A stretch of DNA of 64,000 bases. Origin: Nocardioides sp. (lineage in GTDB: Bacteria; Actinomycetota; Actinomycetes; Propionibacteriales; Nocardioidaceae). The notes beneath the pieces were generated by a model, which saw nothing but the letters and a program-made list of their open reading frames with translations, searched no databases and was not told where the DNA came from. The position numbers and the translations under genes were made by a program. Shown here piece by piece: positions 53,436 to 62,589 of this stretch (position 1 is the first letter of the stretch; each line of letters opens with the position of its first letter). Location: assembly GCF_029937575.1 (NCBI RefSeq), contig NZ_JAPYPS010000016.1:3706-67705 (forward strand), in the 5' to 3' direction.

Positions 53436-55691
53436 TCACCCGCGAGGCTGAAAGCTGCGCAGGCGCAGGCTGTTGCCCACGACGAACAGTGACGAGAACG
53501 CCATCGCCGCACCCGCGATCATCGGGTTCAGCAGGCCCGCGGCCGCCAGGGGCAGACCGGCGACGTTGTAGCCGAACGCCCACAGCAGGTTGCCGCGGAT
53601 GATGGCCAGGGTGCGACGCGAGAGCCTGATCGCGTCGACAGCGACGCGCAGGTCGCCTCGCACGAGGGTCAGGTCGCCGGCCTCGATGGCGGCGTCGGTG
53701 CCGGTGCCCATGGCCAGGCCCAGGTCGGCCTGGGCGAGGGCCGCGGCGTCATTGACGCCGTCGCCCACCATGGCCACGACCCGTCCTTCGCCCTGCAGTC
53801 GTCGTACGACGTCGGCCTTGTCGGTCGGCAGCACGCCGGCGATCACGTCGTCCTCGGTGATCCCGACCTCGCGGGCGACCCTGGCGGCCACCACCGCATC
53901 GTCACCGGTGAGCAGGACCGGGCGCAGACCGAGCTCGCGCAGCTGCCCGATCGCCTCGACAGAGGTGTCCTTCACCGCATCGGCCACGACGAGCGCCCCC
54001 CGCGCAGCGCCGTCCCACCCGATCGCGACGACGGTGCCGCCCTGCTCGCGGGCCGAGGAGACGGCTTCCTCCAGCTCCACCGGGAGGGACAGGCCTTGGT
54101 CGCGCAGGAGGCCGGGGCGTCCGACGATCACCTCGGTGCCGGCGACCCGGCCACGCACCCCGAGCCCGGACAGCGAGACGAAGTCGGTCACCCGCTCCGT
54201 GGACCGGTCGGTGAGTCGCTCGGCCGCACCGGCGACGACGGCTCGGGCGATCGGGTGCTCGGAGGCGTCCTCGAGGGCAGCGGCCAGCGACAGCACCTGA
54301 GCGACGTCCTCGCCCGGGGCCGTGAGCACGTCGCGCAGCGACATCTGGCCGGTCGTGACGGTCCCGGTCTTGTCGAGCAGCACCACGTCGACCGCTCGGG
54401 TCTGCTCGAGCACCTCGGGCCCCTTGATCAGGATCCCGAGCTGGGCGCCACGGCCGGTGCCGACCATCAGGGCGACCGGCGTCGCCAGTCCGAGCGCGCA
54501 GGGGCAGGCGATGATCAGCACGGCGACCGCTGCGGTGAAGGCAGCGGTGACGTCATCGGCCAGCACGACCCAACCGAGGAAGGTCGCGACCGCCAGCACG
54601 ATCACGGCCGGCACGAAGATGCCGGAGATGCGATCGGCCAGGCGCTGAGCAGCGGCCTTGCCCGTCTGTGCCTGCTCGACGAGGCGCGCCATCTGCGCGA
54701 GCTGGGTCTCGGAGCCGACCCTGCTGGCACGGACGACGAGCCGACCGCCGGCGTTGATCGTCGCTCCGGTGACCTCGTCGCCGACCCCGACCTCCACGGG
54801 CACGGACTCGCCGGTCAGCAGTGACGCGTCGATCGCCGAGGAGCCCTCCACGACCACGCCGTCGGTGGCCACCTTCTCGCCGGGACGCACCACGAAGACG
54901 TCGTCCGCGGCGAGCTGGTCGATGGGGATGCGGGTCTCGACGTCGTCGCGCAGGACGGCGACGTCGCGCGCACCGAGGTCCAGGAGCGCGCGCAGCGCAG
55001 CACCCGCCGTGCCCTTGGCGCGCTCCTCGAGGTAGCGCCCGACGAGCAGGAAGGTCGCGACCCCGGTGGCGGCCTCGAGGTAGAGGTTGTCGGCTCCGTC
55101 GGTACGGCGGCCCAGCTCGACGACCAGGTCGAAGGAGTGCGTCATCCCGATCTCGCCGGCGGTGCCGAAGACCAGGGCGTAGAGCGACCAGCCGAAGGCG
55201 GCGAGCGTCCCCATCGAGATGAGCGTGTCCATGGTGGTGGCGCCGTGGCGCAGGTTGGTCCAGGCGGCCCGGTGGAAGGGCAGCGCGCCCCACAGCACCA
55301 CAGGGGTCGCGAGCACCAACGAGATCCACTGCCACCCGTCGACCTGCAGGGGCGGCACCATCGCCATCGCGATGACCGGGACGCTGAGCACGGCGGAGAC
55401 GAGCATCCGGGCCCGCAGCGACGCTCCGTCAGGCTCGAGGCCGTCGTCGGCCTGCGACGGCAGGGTGGCGCCGTACCCGGCGGACTCGACGGTCGCGAGG
55501 AGCTGGTCGGTGGAGACGCTCTCGTCGTAGGTGACGCTGGCCTTCTCGGTCGCGTAGTTGACGCTGGCGGTGACGCCCTCGACCTTGTTCAGCTTGCGCT
55601 GGATCCGGTTGGCGCACGAGGCGCACGTCATGCCGGTGATCGCCAGGTCGACCTGGCGCTCAGTGGCGTCCGTCGTGGAGTCGGTGCTCAT
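53436..55691 (-). CDS. copA: Copper-translocating P1B-type ATPase
   Basis: N-terminal GMTCASCANRI, the CPC motif (IIACPCALGLATP), DKTGT, and GDGVNDAAAL. Confidence 0.95.
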   Translation of the reverse strand: MSTDSTTDATERQVDLAITGMTCASCANRIQRKLNKVEGVTASVNYATEKASVTYDESVSTDQLLATVESAGYGATLPSQADDGLEPDGASLRARMLVSAVLSVPVIAMAMVPPLQVDGWQWISLVLATPVVLWGALPFHRAAWTNLRHGATTMDTLISMGTLAAFGWSLYALVFGTAGEIGMTHSFDLVVELGRRTDGADNLYLEAATGVATFLLVGRYLEERAKGTAGAALRALLDLGARDVAVLRDDVETRIPIDQLAADDVFVVRPGEKVATDGVVVEGSSAIDASLLTGESVPVEVGVGDEVTGATINAGGRLVVRASRVGSETQLAQMARLVEQAQTGKAAAQRLADRISGIFVPAVIVLAVATFLGWVVLADDVTAAFTAAVAVLIIACPCALGLATPVALMVGTGRGAQLGILIKGPEVLEQTRAVDVVLLDKTGTVTTGQMSLRDVLTAPGEDVAQVLSLAAALEDASEHPIARAVVAGAAERLTDRSTERVTDFVSLSGLGVRGRVAGTEVIVGRPGLLRDQGLSLPVELEEAVSSAREQGGTVVAIGWDGAARGALVVADAVKDTSVEAIGQLRELGLRPVLLTGDDAVVAARVAREVGITEDDVIAGVLPTDKADVVRRLQGEGRVVAMVGDGVNDAAALAQADLGLAMGTGTDAAIEAGDLTLVRGDLRVAVDAIRLSRRTLAIIRGNLLWAFGYNVAGLPLAAAGLLNPMIAGAAMAFSSLFVVGNSLRLRSFQPRG

Positions 55692-55707
55692 CAGTCCGGG
55701 CTGCCGG

Positions 55708-55920
55708 TCAGGCGAGCGCGTAGCCGGCTTCGTCCACCGCGGCGCGTACGGCGTCCTCGGCGATCGGGCCGCTGCTGGTGACGGTCACCGCCCCGCTCGT
55801 GAGGTCGACGGCGACGTCGGTGACCCCCGCGATGTCGGAGACCTCCTCGGTCACCGAGGCGACGCAGTGCTGGCAGGTCATCCCGGTGACGGTGTAGGTG
55901 CTGGTGGTCGTGTTGGTCAT
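55708..55920 (-). CDS. copZ: Heavy-metal-associated copper chaperone
   Basis: 70 aa, GMTCQHCVASV. Confidence 0.92.
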   Translation of the reverse strand: MTNTTTSTYTVTGMTCQHCVASVTEEVSDIAGVTDVAVDLTSGAVTVTSSGPIAEDAVRAAVDEAGYALA

Positions 55921-55961
55921 GGTCGGCGTCCTTTCGTTCGTGCGTGCGGCAGGAGTGCTGG

Positions 55962-56264
55962 TCAGGAGCGGACGAGCCGGGCGATCGCGTCGGAGGCCTC
56001 CCTGAGCTTGACCTCCGCCTGCGGCGATCCGGCGCGGGCGGCGTCGAGCACGCAGTGGCTCATGTGCTCGTCCACCAGTCCGAGTGCGACGGCCTGCAGG
56101 GCCTTGGTCACGGCCGAGACCTGGGTGAGGATGTCGATGCAGTACTTCTCGTCGCCGATCATCCGCTCGATGCCCTTGACCTGGCCCTCGATCCGGCGCA
56201 TCCGCTTGAGGTAGTCGTCCTTGCGGGTCAGGTAGCCCGGTGGGGTCCCGGTCTCGTCGCTCAT
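55962..56264 (-). CDS. csoR: CsoR-family copper-sensing repressor
   Basis: The 100-aa tail of ORF 55962..56699, from ATG 56264. RIEGQVKGIERMI, YCIDILTQVSAV (Cys) and DEHMSHC (His/Cys ligands). Confidence 0.9.
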   Translation of the reverse strand: MSDETGTPPGYLTRKDDYLKRMRRIEGQVKGIERMIGDEKYCIDILTQVSAVTKALQAVALGLVDEHMSHCVLDAARAGSPQAEVKLREASDAIARLVRS

Positions 56265-56274
56265 GCTGACACCA

Positions 56275-56289
56275 TACCCCCCTAGGGTA
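56275..56289. promoter_or_regulatory. CsoR-operator-like pseudo-palindrome TACCC-CCCTA-GGGTA
   Basis: It lies 11 nt upstream of the csoR ATG 56264. The G/C-tract pseudo-palindrome is of the TACCC...GGGTA type known for actinobacterial CsoR. Confidence 0.55.
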
Positions 56290-56331
56290 GTCGCCTCAAG
56301 GTCCTCACCTCCTGCCCGGCAGGATGGGCGG

Positions 56332-57438
56332 GTGACCGTACCGACTCCCGCAGCGATCAGCGCTCCCCTGACCCTGGCCCACGGGCCCGCTTGGACGAAC
56401 CGCTTCGCGCTCGCACCGCTGACCAACACCCAGAGCAACGCCGACGGCACCCTGTCCGACGACGAGCTGCACTGGCTCGAGGCCCGGGGTCGGGGCGGCA
56501 CGGGGCTGGTGATGACGTGTGCGACGTACGTCGTCCCGGCGGGCCAGGCCTGGGCGGGCCAGCTCGGCATCTCCTCGGACGAGCACCTCCCCGGCCTCAC
56601 GAGGTTGGCCGCCGCCCTGCGCACGACGGGGACGGTCTCGTCGGTGCAGCTGCACCACGGCGGTCGGCGCGCCGACCCCACCCTGTCGGGCCGACCCAAC
56701 CAGTGCCCGTGGGACGACCCGAGGACCGGCTCGGTCGCGATGACGACGGCGGAGGTCGCCGAGAGCGTGCAGGACTTCGTCGCGGCCGCCGTACGAGCGG
56801 AGAGGGCCGGGTTCGACGGCGTGGAGGTGCACGGCGCGCACGGCTACCTCGTGTGCCAGTTCCTCGACCCACGACACAACGACCGCACCGATCAGTACGG
56901 CGGCTCGATGGAGAACCGCTCGCGGATGCTGATGGAGATCCTGGCCGGCATCCGCGCCGCCACCGGCCCGGACTTCCAGCTCGGGCTCCGTCTCACGCCC
57001 GAGGGCAACGGCCTCACCGTGGCCGAGGGCGTCGAGGTCGCGACCCTGGTGCTGGACTCGGGCCTGCTGGACTACCTCGACATGTCGCTGTGGGACGTGT
57101 TCATGTCACCCCGCGGCGACGTGGGTGCCCGCGATGAGGACCGCCTCCTCATCGACTACTTCACGGGTCTCGAGCGGGGCGAGACGCGGCTCGGCGTCGC
57201 CGGCAAGGTCCTCTCCGCGGCCGATGCCGCCTGGTGCCTGGACCGGGGCGCCGACTTCGTCAGTGTCGGGATGGCCGCGATCCTGCACCACGACTTCGCC
57301 GCCCGCTCGATCGCCGATGCGGGCTTCGCCGCCGTGGCACCGCCGGTGACCCGCGAGCACCTCGCCGCCGAGCACGTGGGTCGGGACTTCGTCGACTACC
57401 TGGCGAAGGGCTGGGACGGTCTCGTCAGCGGGGGCTGA
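56332..57438 (+). CDS. NADH:flavin oxidoreductase (Old Yellow Enzyme family)
   Basis: GTG 56332. NRFALAPLTN, GFDGVEVHGAHGYL and RTDQYGGSMENR. Confidence 0.85.
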   Translation: MTVPTPAAISAPLTLAHGPAWTNRFALAPLTNTQSNADGTLSDDELHWLEARGRGGTGLVMTCATYVVPAGQAWAGQLGISSDEHLPGLTRLAAALRTTGTVSSVQLHHGGRRADPTLSGRPNQCPWDDPRTGSVAMTTAEVAESVQDFVAAAVRAERAGFDGVEVHGAHGYLVCQFLDPRHNDRTDQYGGSMENRSRMLMEILAGIRAATGPDFQLGLRLTPEGNGLTVAEGVEVATLVLDSGLLDYLDMSLWDVFMSPRGDVGARDEDRLLIDYFTGLERGETRLGVAGKVLSAADAAWCLDRGADFVSVGMAAILHHDFAARSIADAGFAAVAPPVTREHLAAEHVGRDFVDYLAKGWDGLVSGG

Positions 57439-57441
57439 GTC

Positions 57442-58872
57442 TCAGCCCAGACGGGCGAGGTGCTTCAGCGCGCTCTGCGCGGCGCGGTAGCCGCACATCC
57501 CGTGCACGCCGGCCCCGGGCGGTGTGGAGGCCGAGCAGAGGTACATGCCCGGCACACCGGTGTCGTACGGATCGGCAGCCAGCGCCGGCCGGGCGATCAG
57601 CTGCGGCAGGGTGTTGGCCCCCATCGCGATGTCGCCGCCGACGTAGTTGGGGTTGTAGGTCTCGTAGTCGGCCGGGGTCATCACCGCCGTCGAGACGATC
57701 CGGTCGCGGAACCCGGGGGCGTAGCGCTCGATCTCGTCGAGCACGACACCGGTGGCGTCTCCGGCGTAGCCGTGCGGGACGTGGGCGTAGGCCCAGATCG
57801 GGTGCACGTCGCCGACCGAGCGGGTGGGGTCGGCGAGGTACTGCTGGCCGACCAGGATGAACGGCCGCTCGGGCATCCGGCCCGCCACGGTGTCGCGCTC
57901 GGAGCGCACCATCACCTCAGCAGCACCACCGACGTGGACGGTGCCGGCCTTGCGCGCCGACTCCGCCGTCCAGGGGATGCCGTCACGCACGGCCAGGTCG
58001 ACCTTGTAGGCGGCCGGCCCGTAGGACCAGGAGCGGTAGGCCTTGCCGCGGCCTGCGTCCGCCTGCTCGCCCAGGATGTCGGCGAAACCGGTGGGCGTGG
58101 TGTCGAAGAGGGTGACCTGCGCAGGCGGCAGGTCCGCGGTCGAGCGCACGTGGTGCGCGAGCACGATGGTCCCTCCGAGCTCGCGGAGCAGGCTTGCCAG
58201 CGCCGCGGTGATCGCCTGCGAGCCACCCTGCGCGGCGGGCCAGCCGTGCACGTGCCCGGCGGCGATCATCATCGCCCCGACCGAGGACGAGGCCAGGCCG
58301 CCCAGGGGCCGGTAGACGTGGGCGGCGCAGCCCAGGAAGAGCGCCCGGGCCTGAGGGGTGCGGAAGGCGCGAGCCAGCACGGTCGCGGGCAGCCCGGCAC
58401 GCAGCCCGAACTGGGCAAGCTTGATCGGATGCCCGGGCACGCTGATCAGCGGCCCGAGGATGTCGTCGGCGAGCTGCGGGAAGGCCGCCTGGAGCGGACC
58501 GAAGACCTGGCGCCAGCGGCGACCGTCGACCCCCAGCCCCGCGGCCGTCTCGACGACGTCGCCCTTCAGGGCGCCCGCACTGCCGTCCTCGAGCGGGTGG
58601 GCGACGTCGACCTCCGGCCAGCACCAGCGCAGCCCGTGCTGCGAGAGCGGAAGCGTCCGCAGGAAGGGCGAGGCGACCCCGAACGGGTGGATGGCCGAGC
58701 ACACGTCGTGGAGCACCCCGGGCTCGGTGAGCTCCGCCGTACGCGTGCCGCCACCGATCTCTGTCGCTGCCTCCAGCACCGTGACAGCCACACCCTGCTG
58801 GGCCAGCGCGACGGCGGCGGCCAGCCCGTTGGGTCCGGAGCCGACCACGTTGGCGGTACGACGGATGCTCAC
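57442..58872 (-). CDS. FAD-dependent oxidoreductase (phytoene-desaturase-like family)
   Basis: VVGSGPNGLAAAVALAQQGVAVTVLEA (Rossmann motif). The size is about 476 aa. Confidence 0.8.
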   Translation of the reverse strand: MSIRRTANVVGSGPNGLAAAVALAQQGVAVTVLEAATEIGGGTRTAELTEPGVLHDVCSAIHPFGVASPFLRTLPLSQHGLRWCWPEVDVAHPLEDGSAGALKGDVVETAAGLGVDGRRWRQVFGPLQAAFPQLADDILGPLISVPGHPIKLAQFGLRAGLPATVLARAFRTPQARALFLGCAAHVYRPLGGLASSSVGAMMIAAGHVHGWPAAQGGSQAITAALASLLRELGGTIVLAHHVRSTADLPPAQVTLFDTTPTGFADILGEQADAGRGKAYRSWSYGPAAYKVDLAVRDGIPWTAESARKAGTVHVGGAAEVMVRSERDTVAGRMPERPFILVGQQYLADPTRSVGDVHPIWAYAHVPHGYAGDATGVVLDEIERYAPGFRDRIVSTAVMTPADYETYNPNYVGGDIAMGANTLPQLIARPALAADPYDTGVPGMYLCSASTPPGAGVHGMCGYRAAQSALKHLARLG

Positions 58873-58876
58873 GACG

Positions 58877-59629
58877 TCAACCTACCGGGGGCAGCTCGAC
58901 GATCCGGTCCGTGACCGGCACGTCCGACTCGACCAGGCAGGAGACACCGGGATCCTCGCGGAAGGAGGTCCCGCTGAAGGGATAGAGGTAGAGCACGCTC
59001 GCCCTGGCGAGCTTGCGACGCGGGAGCAGCTCCTGGAGGCGATCGAAGCATCCCTGCTCGGCGAGGGCCCGGGTCTCGTCGTCGCCGGGGTAGGTGGAGT
59101 CCGTCAGGTCGAAGTTCGCGAAGACCTCGGTCTGGTGCGGCTCGGCGCAGGGCGAGACCTTGACGGTCAGCTTGTAGCCCTCGGAGAGCAGGTCGCGGAC
59201 GCAGTCCCCGACCTGGAGGTCCTGCGGAGCCACCGACCCCTCGCTCGTCACCTGGCCGCTGTCGGAGCGGTCGGGGGCGATCGCGAAGAGGGTGGCCGGC
59301 ACCGCGAGGGCCAACAGCACCCATAGCCCGGCCATGACCAGGGCCCCGATGGCCTTCTTCTTGCCGTGGTTGCGACCGTCCCGGTTGCGCCGCAGCACGG
59401 CGATCGCGAGCCCGGCGCCGACGAGCCAGAGCAGCCCACACGGGACGATCGCCAGGCCGAGCGCCCAGCGCGCCATCGCCTGCGACGGCTCGGGCTCGGG
59501 CAACGGCCCCGCCGGAGCGAACCGCCCGTAGCCAGGAGAGGCCGGCGGGTACCCCGGGTATCCCGGGTGCGCCGACGAGGTCGGCGGCCCCGGCAGTGGG
59601 GGCCCCGGAGGCTCATGTCCAGATGTCAC
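58877..59629 (-). CDS. Membrane protein with a Pro-rich N-terminus, a DUF4190-like TM region and a septum-formation-family extracellular domain
   Basis: I prefer GTG 59629. PGYPGYPP, TM segments, then paired Cys residues (GDCV...SPCAEPH...QGCFD). Confidence 0.6.
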   Translation of the reverse strand: MTSGHEPPGPPLPGPPTSSAHPGYPGYPPASPGYGRFAPAGPLPEPEPSQAMARWALGLAIVPCGLLWLVGAGLAIAVLRRNRDGRNHGKKKAIGALVMAGLWVLLALAVPATLFAIAPDRSDSGQVTSEGSVAPQDLQVGDCVRDLLSEGYKLTVKVSPCAEPHQTEVFANFDLTDSTYPGDDETRALAEQGCFDRLQELLPRRKLARASVLYLYPFSGTSFREDPGVSCLVESDVPVTDRIVELPPVG

Positions 59630-59751
59630 CGGGACAGGGTAGGGACTGGTCTGGTCCAGCGGAGGCCGAACGTCGAAACCGACGTCAGCCCGTCGTGCCA
59701 GCAGGCATCTGGAGACCAGAGCTGTGGCGCACACCACACAGCTGCGCTAAT

Positions 59752-59765
59752 TTGACGCGTGCCAA
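59752..59765. promoter_or_regulatory. Palindrome-like TTGAC-GCGT-GCCAA upstream of the acetoacetate-decarboxylase-family gene
   Basis: One mismatch in the right arm. It lies 26 nt upstream of ATG 59791. Confidence 0.4.
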
Positions 59766-59790
59766 ATCTTTCGAGCCGAAGGACCACCCG

Positions 59791-60492
59791 ATGACCGTCA
59801 GCACCACCTGGGGCTCCATCGAGGGCCAGGAGATCACCTTCCCGATGGAGGTCGACGACTTCACCTCCGCGACGCTGGGCTTCAGCGTGCCCGCGGCGGC
59901 CGCCCGAGCGCTCCTGCCCGGCGACGCGTTCGAGATCGTCGAGGTCGGTCCCGGGGTGGCGCAGCTGATCGTGAGCCTTGTCGACTACCGGGCCAATCCC
60001 TGGGGCGACTACAACGAGGTCAACCTCGGTTTCCTGGCCCGCCCCGCCGGCGCGGGCGAGGAGGTGATCGGCTCCTTCGTCTACCGGATGCCCGTCGACC
60101 AGGAGTTCACCTGCCTGGCAGGCAACCGAGTGATGGGATTTCCCAAGACGGTGATGGGGATCGACGCCGACTACAGCGACACCCACGCGACCTTCGTCCT
60201 GCGCGACGGGGCATCGGTGGCCCTGCGCGTGACGGTCCCCCGCGTCGAGCCGCTCGGCGAGCCCACGCGGATCGAGACCGTCAGCTACTCCTACCTCGAC
60301 GGCACGCCGTACGAGACGCCGTTGGCGATGGACCTCGCCACCGGCGTCGTCGAGGCCGACCAGGTCGTCGTCGAGCTCGGCTCCGGCCCGATCGCCGACG
60401 AGCTGAGCAGCCTCGGGCTGCCGTGCGCCCCCGACTTCGCGTCGTACGGCGAGCGGCTCGGCGCCGTGTTCCAGCTGGGCACGACGGTCTGA
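59791..60492 (+). CDS. Acetoacetate decarboxylase family protein
   Basis: ATG 59791 within ORF 59596..60492. The ANPWGDYNEVNLGFLARP and GFPKTV patterns fit this family. Confidence 0.6.
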   Translation: MTVSTTWGSIEGQEITFPMEVDDFTSATLGFSVPAAAARALLPGDAFEIVEVGPGVAQLIVSLVDYRANPWGDYNEVNLGFLARPAGAGEEVIGSFVYRMPVDQEFTCLAGNRVMGFPKTVMGIDADYSDTHATFVLRDGASVALRVTVPRVEPLGEPTRIETVSYSYLDGTPYETPLAMDLATGVVEADQVVVELGSGPIADELSSLGLPCAPDFASYGERLGAVFQLGTTV

Positions 60493-60514
60493 CCCCCCTC
60501 CCACGACCTAGGGG

Positions 60515-61276
60515 TCAGTGCTTGCAGATGAGGCCGCCGTCGACGACGACCTCGGTCCCGGTCACGAACGAGGCGTCGTCGGAGAGCAGGAACGCCACGG
60601 CCCCGGCGATCTCGCGCGGCTGACCCATCCGGCCGAGCGGTGCGGCCTGCTCGTACTCCGCCCTGATCTCGGGGATGTCCAGCGCCTGCTGGATCATCGG
60701 CGTCACGACGAAGCCAGGGCAGACCGAGTTGACCCGGATCCCGCTGGCGCCCAGCTGGGCGGCCATCGAGCGGGTGAGCCCGAGCAGCCCGGCCTTGGAG
60801 GCGCAGTACGCGGGGATCCACGGGTTGGCCGCCATCCCCTCGATGGAGGAGATCGCCACGATCGAGGGCCCTGCTCCGTCGGCTGCCGCCGCCTCGAGGT
60901 GCGGCAGCATCGCCTGGGTCAGCAGAGCGTGGGCGCGCAGGTTGACGTCGACGACCTGGTCCCACGAGTCGGCGGTGAAGGCGCCCACGGGCTCGACGCT
61001 CGCGCGCCCGGCGGCGTGCACGAGACCGGTCAGACCGCCCAGTGCCTGGGCGGCCTCCGCCACCGGAGCGCCGAGGTCGGCCGTCACGTCCACGACCTGA
61101 CCGTGGGCACCGACCGTCTCGGCGACGGCGAGGGTGTCGTCGGCGACGTCCCAGATCGCGACCTGCGCACCACGGGCCAGCAACAGCTCGGCGCTGGCGC
61201 GGCCGATGCCCGAGGCGCCTCCGGTGACGATGACGCGCTTGCCGGTCAGGGATCCGTCGAGGTTCGGCGTCGTCAC
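60515..61276 (-). CDS. SDR-family oxidoreductase
   Basis: GTG 61276 overlaps the upstream stop (GTGA). VIVTGGASGIG, YCASKAG, and CPGFVVTPM. Confidence 0.88.
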   Translation of the reverse strand: MTTPNLDGSLTGKRVIVTGGASGIGRASAELLLARGAQVAIWDVADDTLAVAETVGAHGQVVDVTADLGAPVAEAAQALGGLTGLVHAAGRASVEPVGAFTADSWDQVVDVNLRAHALLTQAMLPHLEAAAADGAGPSIVAISSIEGMAANPWIPAYCASKAGLLGLTRSMAAQLGASGIRVNSVCPGFVVTPMIQQALDIPEIRAEYEQAAPLGRMGQPREIAGAVAFLLSDDASFVTGTEVVVDGGLICKH

Positions 61277-62301
61277 GGGATCAGCATCGCTTTCAGGCAG
61301 TCGGCCGAGCGGGAGGCGACGGCGGCGTACGCCGTGGCCGCCTCGTGCAGCGGGTAGGTGTGGGTGAAGATCCCGGAGGTGTCGAGGCGTCCGTCGGCGA
61401 CCAGCGGGAGCAGCTCGCCCCACGTCCGGTGCACGGGTGCGGTGGTCATCCGCAGGGTGATCGAGCGGAAGGTGCCCATCAGCAGCGCCAACGGGTAGGG
61501 CTCGAGGTCGTGGATGCCGACCACGGAGACGGTGCCGGTCGAGCGGACCGCCGCGAACGCCGTGTCGACGGTGGCGTTGTGGCCGACGGCGTCGATGACC
61601 GCGGCGGCTCCGCGACCCCCGGTGGCCTCGAGCACGGCCGGGACGACGTCCTCGGGTGTCCCTGTCAGCGCCGTGGCGCCTGTCTTCTCGGCCATCGCCC
61701 GGCGGCCCTCGACCGGGTCGTAGGCGAGCACGCGTGCCCCCAGCGCGATCGCGCAGCGGACCGCGCACTGACCGACGGCACCCAGCCCGAGCACCAGCAC
61801 CGTCTCCCCCGGAGCGACGTCGGCGCGCGTCGCGGCCGCCCAGCCCGTGCCCAGGTTGTCGGTCAGGAGCAGCGCGGCCTCGTCGCTGACCCCGTCGGGG
61901 ATCGTCAGCAGGTTGAAGTCGGCAGCCGGTACGGCGAGCAGGTCGCTCTGCGCTCCCCCGAGCTCTCCGGAGCCGAACACCTTCGCCCCGCCGAGGCACG
62001 CGACCGGGTCGAGCGTCGCGCACCCCGCGCAGTCGCCGCACCCGGCCACGGACGCCACCAGCACCCGGTCGCCGACGGCGAAGCCGTCGACCTGCGCGCC
62101 CACCTCGGCGACCGTGCCGATGGCCTCGTGACCCACCGCGACGGGGTAGAGCGGCAGGTCGCCGTCGTAGAAGTGCAGGTCGGAGCCGCAGATCGCGGTG
62201 GCCTCGACCTTCACCACCGCCCCACCGGGGCCGGGCAGCGTCGCGTCCGGCACCTCCTCGACGGAGATCTGACCGGGCGCGGACACAGTGACGGCTCTCA
62301 C
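61273..62301 (-). CDS. Zinc-dependent alcohol dehydrogenase (MDR family)
   Basis: GTG 62301 gives (M)RAVTVSAPGQ. CGSDLH, GHEAIG, CGDCAGC (structural zinc) and VLGLGAVG. Confidence 0.85.
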   Translation of the reverse strand: MRAVTVSAPGQISVEEVPDATLPGPGGAVVKVEATAICGSDLHFYDGDLPLYPVAVGHEAIGTVAEVGAQVDGFAVGDRVLVASVAGCGDCAGCATLDPVACLGGAKVFGSGELGGAQSDLLAVPAADFNLLTIPDGVSDEAALLLTDNLGTGWAAATRADVAPGETVLVLGLGAVGQCAVRCAIALGARVLAYDPVEGRRAMAEKTGATALTGTPEDVVPAVLEATGGRGAAAVIDAVGHNATVDTAFAAVRSTGTVSVVGIHDLEPYPLALLMGTFRSITLRMTTAPVHRTWGELLPLVADGRLDTSGIFTHTYPLHEAATAYAAVASRSADCLKAMLIP

Positions 62302-62332
62302 ATCCGGCACGCTAGAGGCAGTAGACACATCG

Positions 62333-62352
62333 GCACAAGTGTGTACTTTTGC
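62333..62352. promoter_or_regulatory. Inverted repeat GCACAAGT-GTGT-ACTTTTGC in the ADH / small-ORF-TetR divergent promoter
   Basis: 8-bp arms with one mismatch. This is a locally AT-richer patch. Confidence 0.35.
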
Positions 62353-62355
62353 GCC

Positions 62356-62589
62356 ATGATGTCGTTGCCGATCACTGCGACCGACGCCGGGATCCGCGCC
62401 CACCCCGAGGATGTCTCGGTGCCCACGCTGATCCTGTCCTGCGTCCACGTGGCGCGCGACGAGACGCAGCGCAACCGCCTGCACGACGGCTCGGTCCGTC
62501 CCGGCGGAGCGATGCTCAACGAGATCCAGGCCCTCCTGTCGCCCGAGGACCAGGCCACGCTGCGGGCCATGGCGTACGACCTCACGTGA
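62356..62589 (+). CDS. Small (77 aa) hypothetical protein translationally coupled to the downstream TetR gene
   Basis: ATG 62356. GC3 is very high in this frame, and the stop overlaps the TetR GTG (GTGA). VSVPTLILSCVHVARD and GGAMLNEIQALL resemble the N-terminal extension of some Baeyer-Villiger monooxygenases (from memory, weak). Confidence 0.45.
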   Translation: MMSLPITATDAGIRAHPEDVSVPTLILSCVHVARDETQRNRLHDGSVRPGGAMLNEIQALLSPEDQATLRAMAYDLT

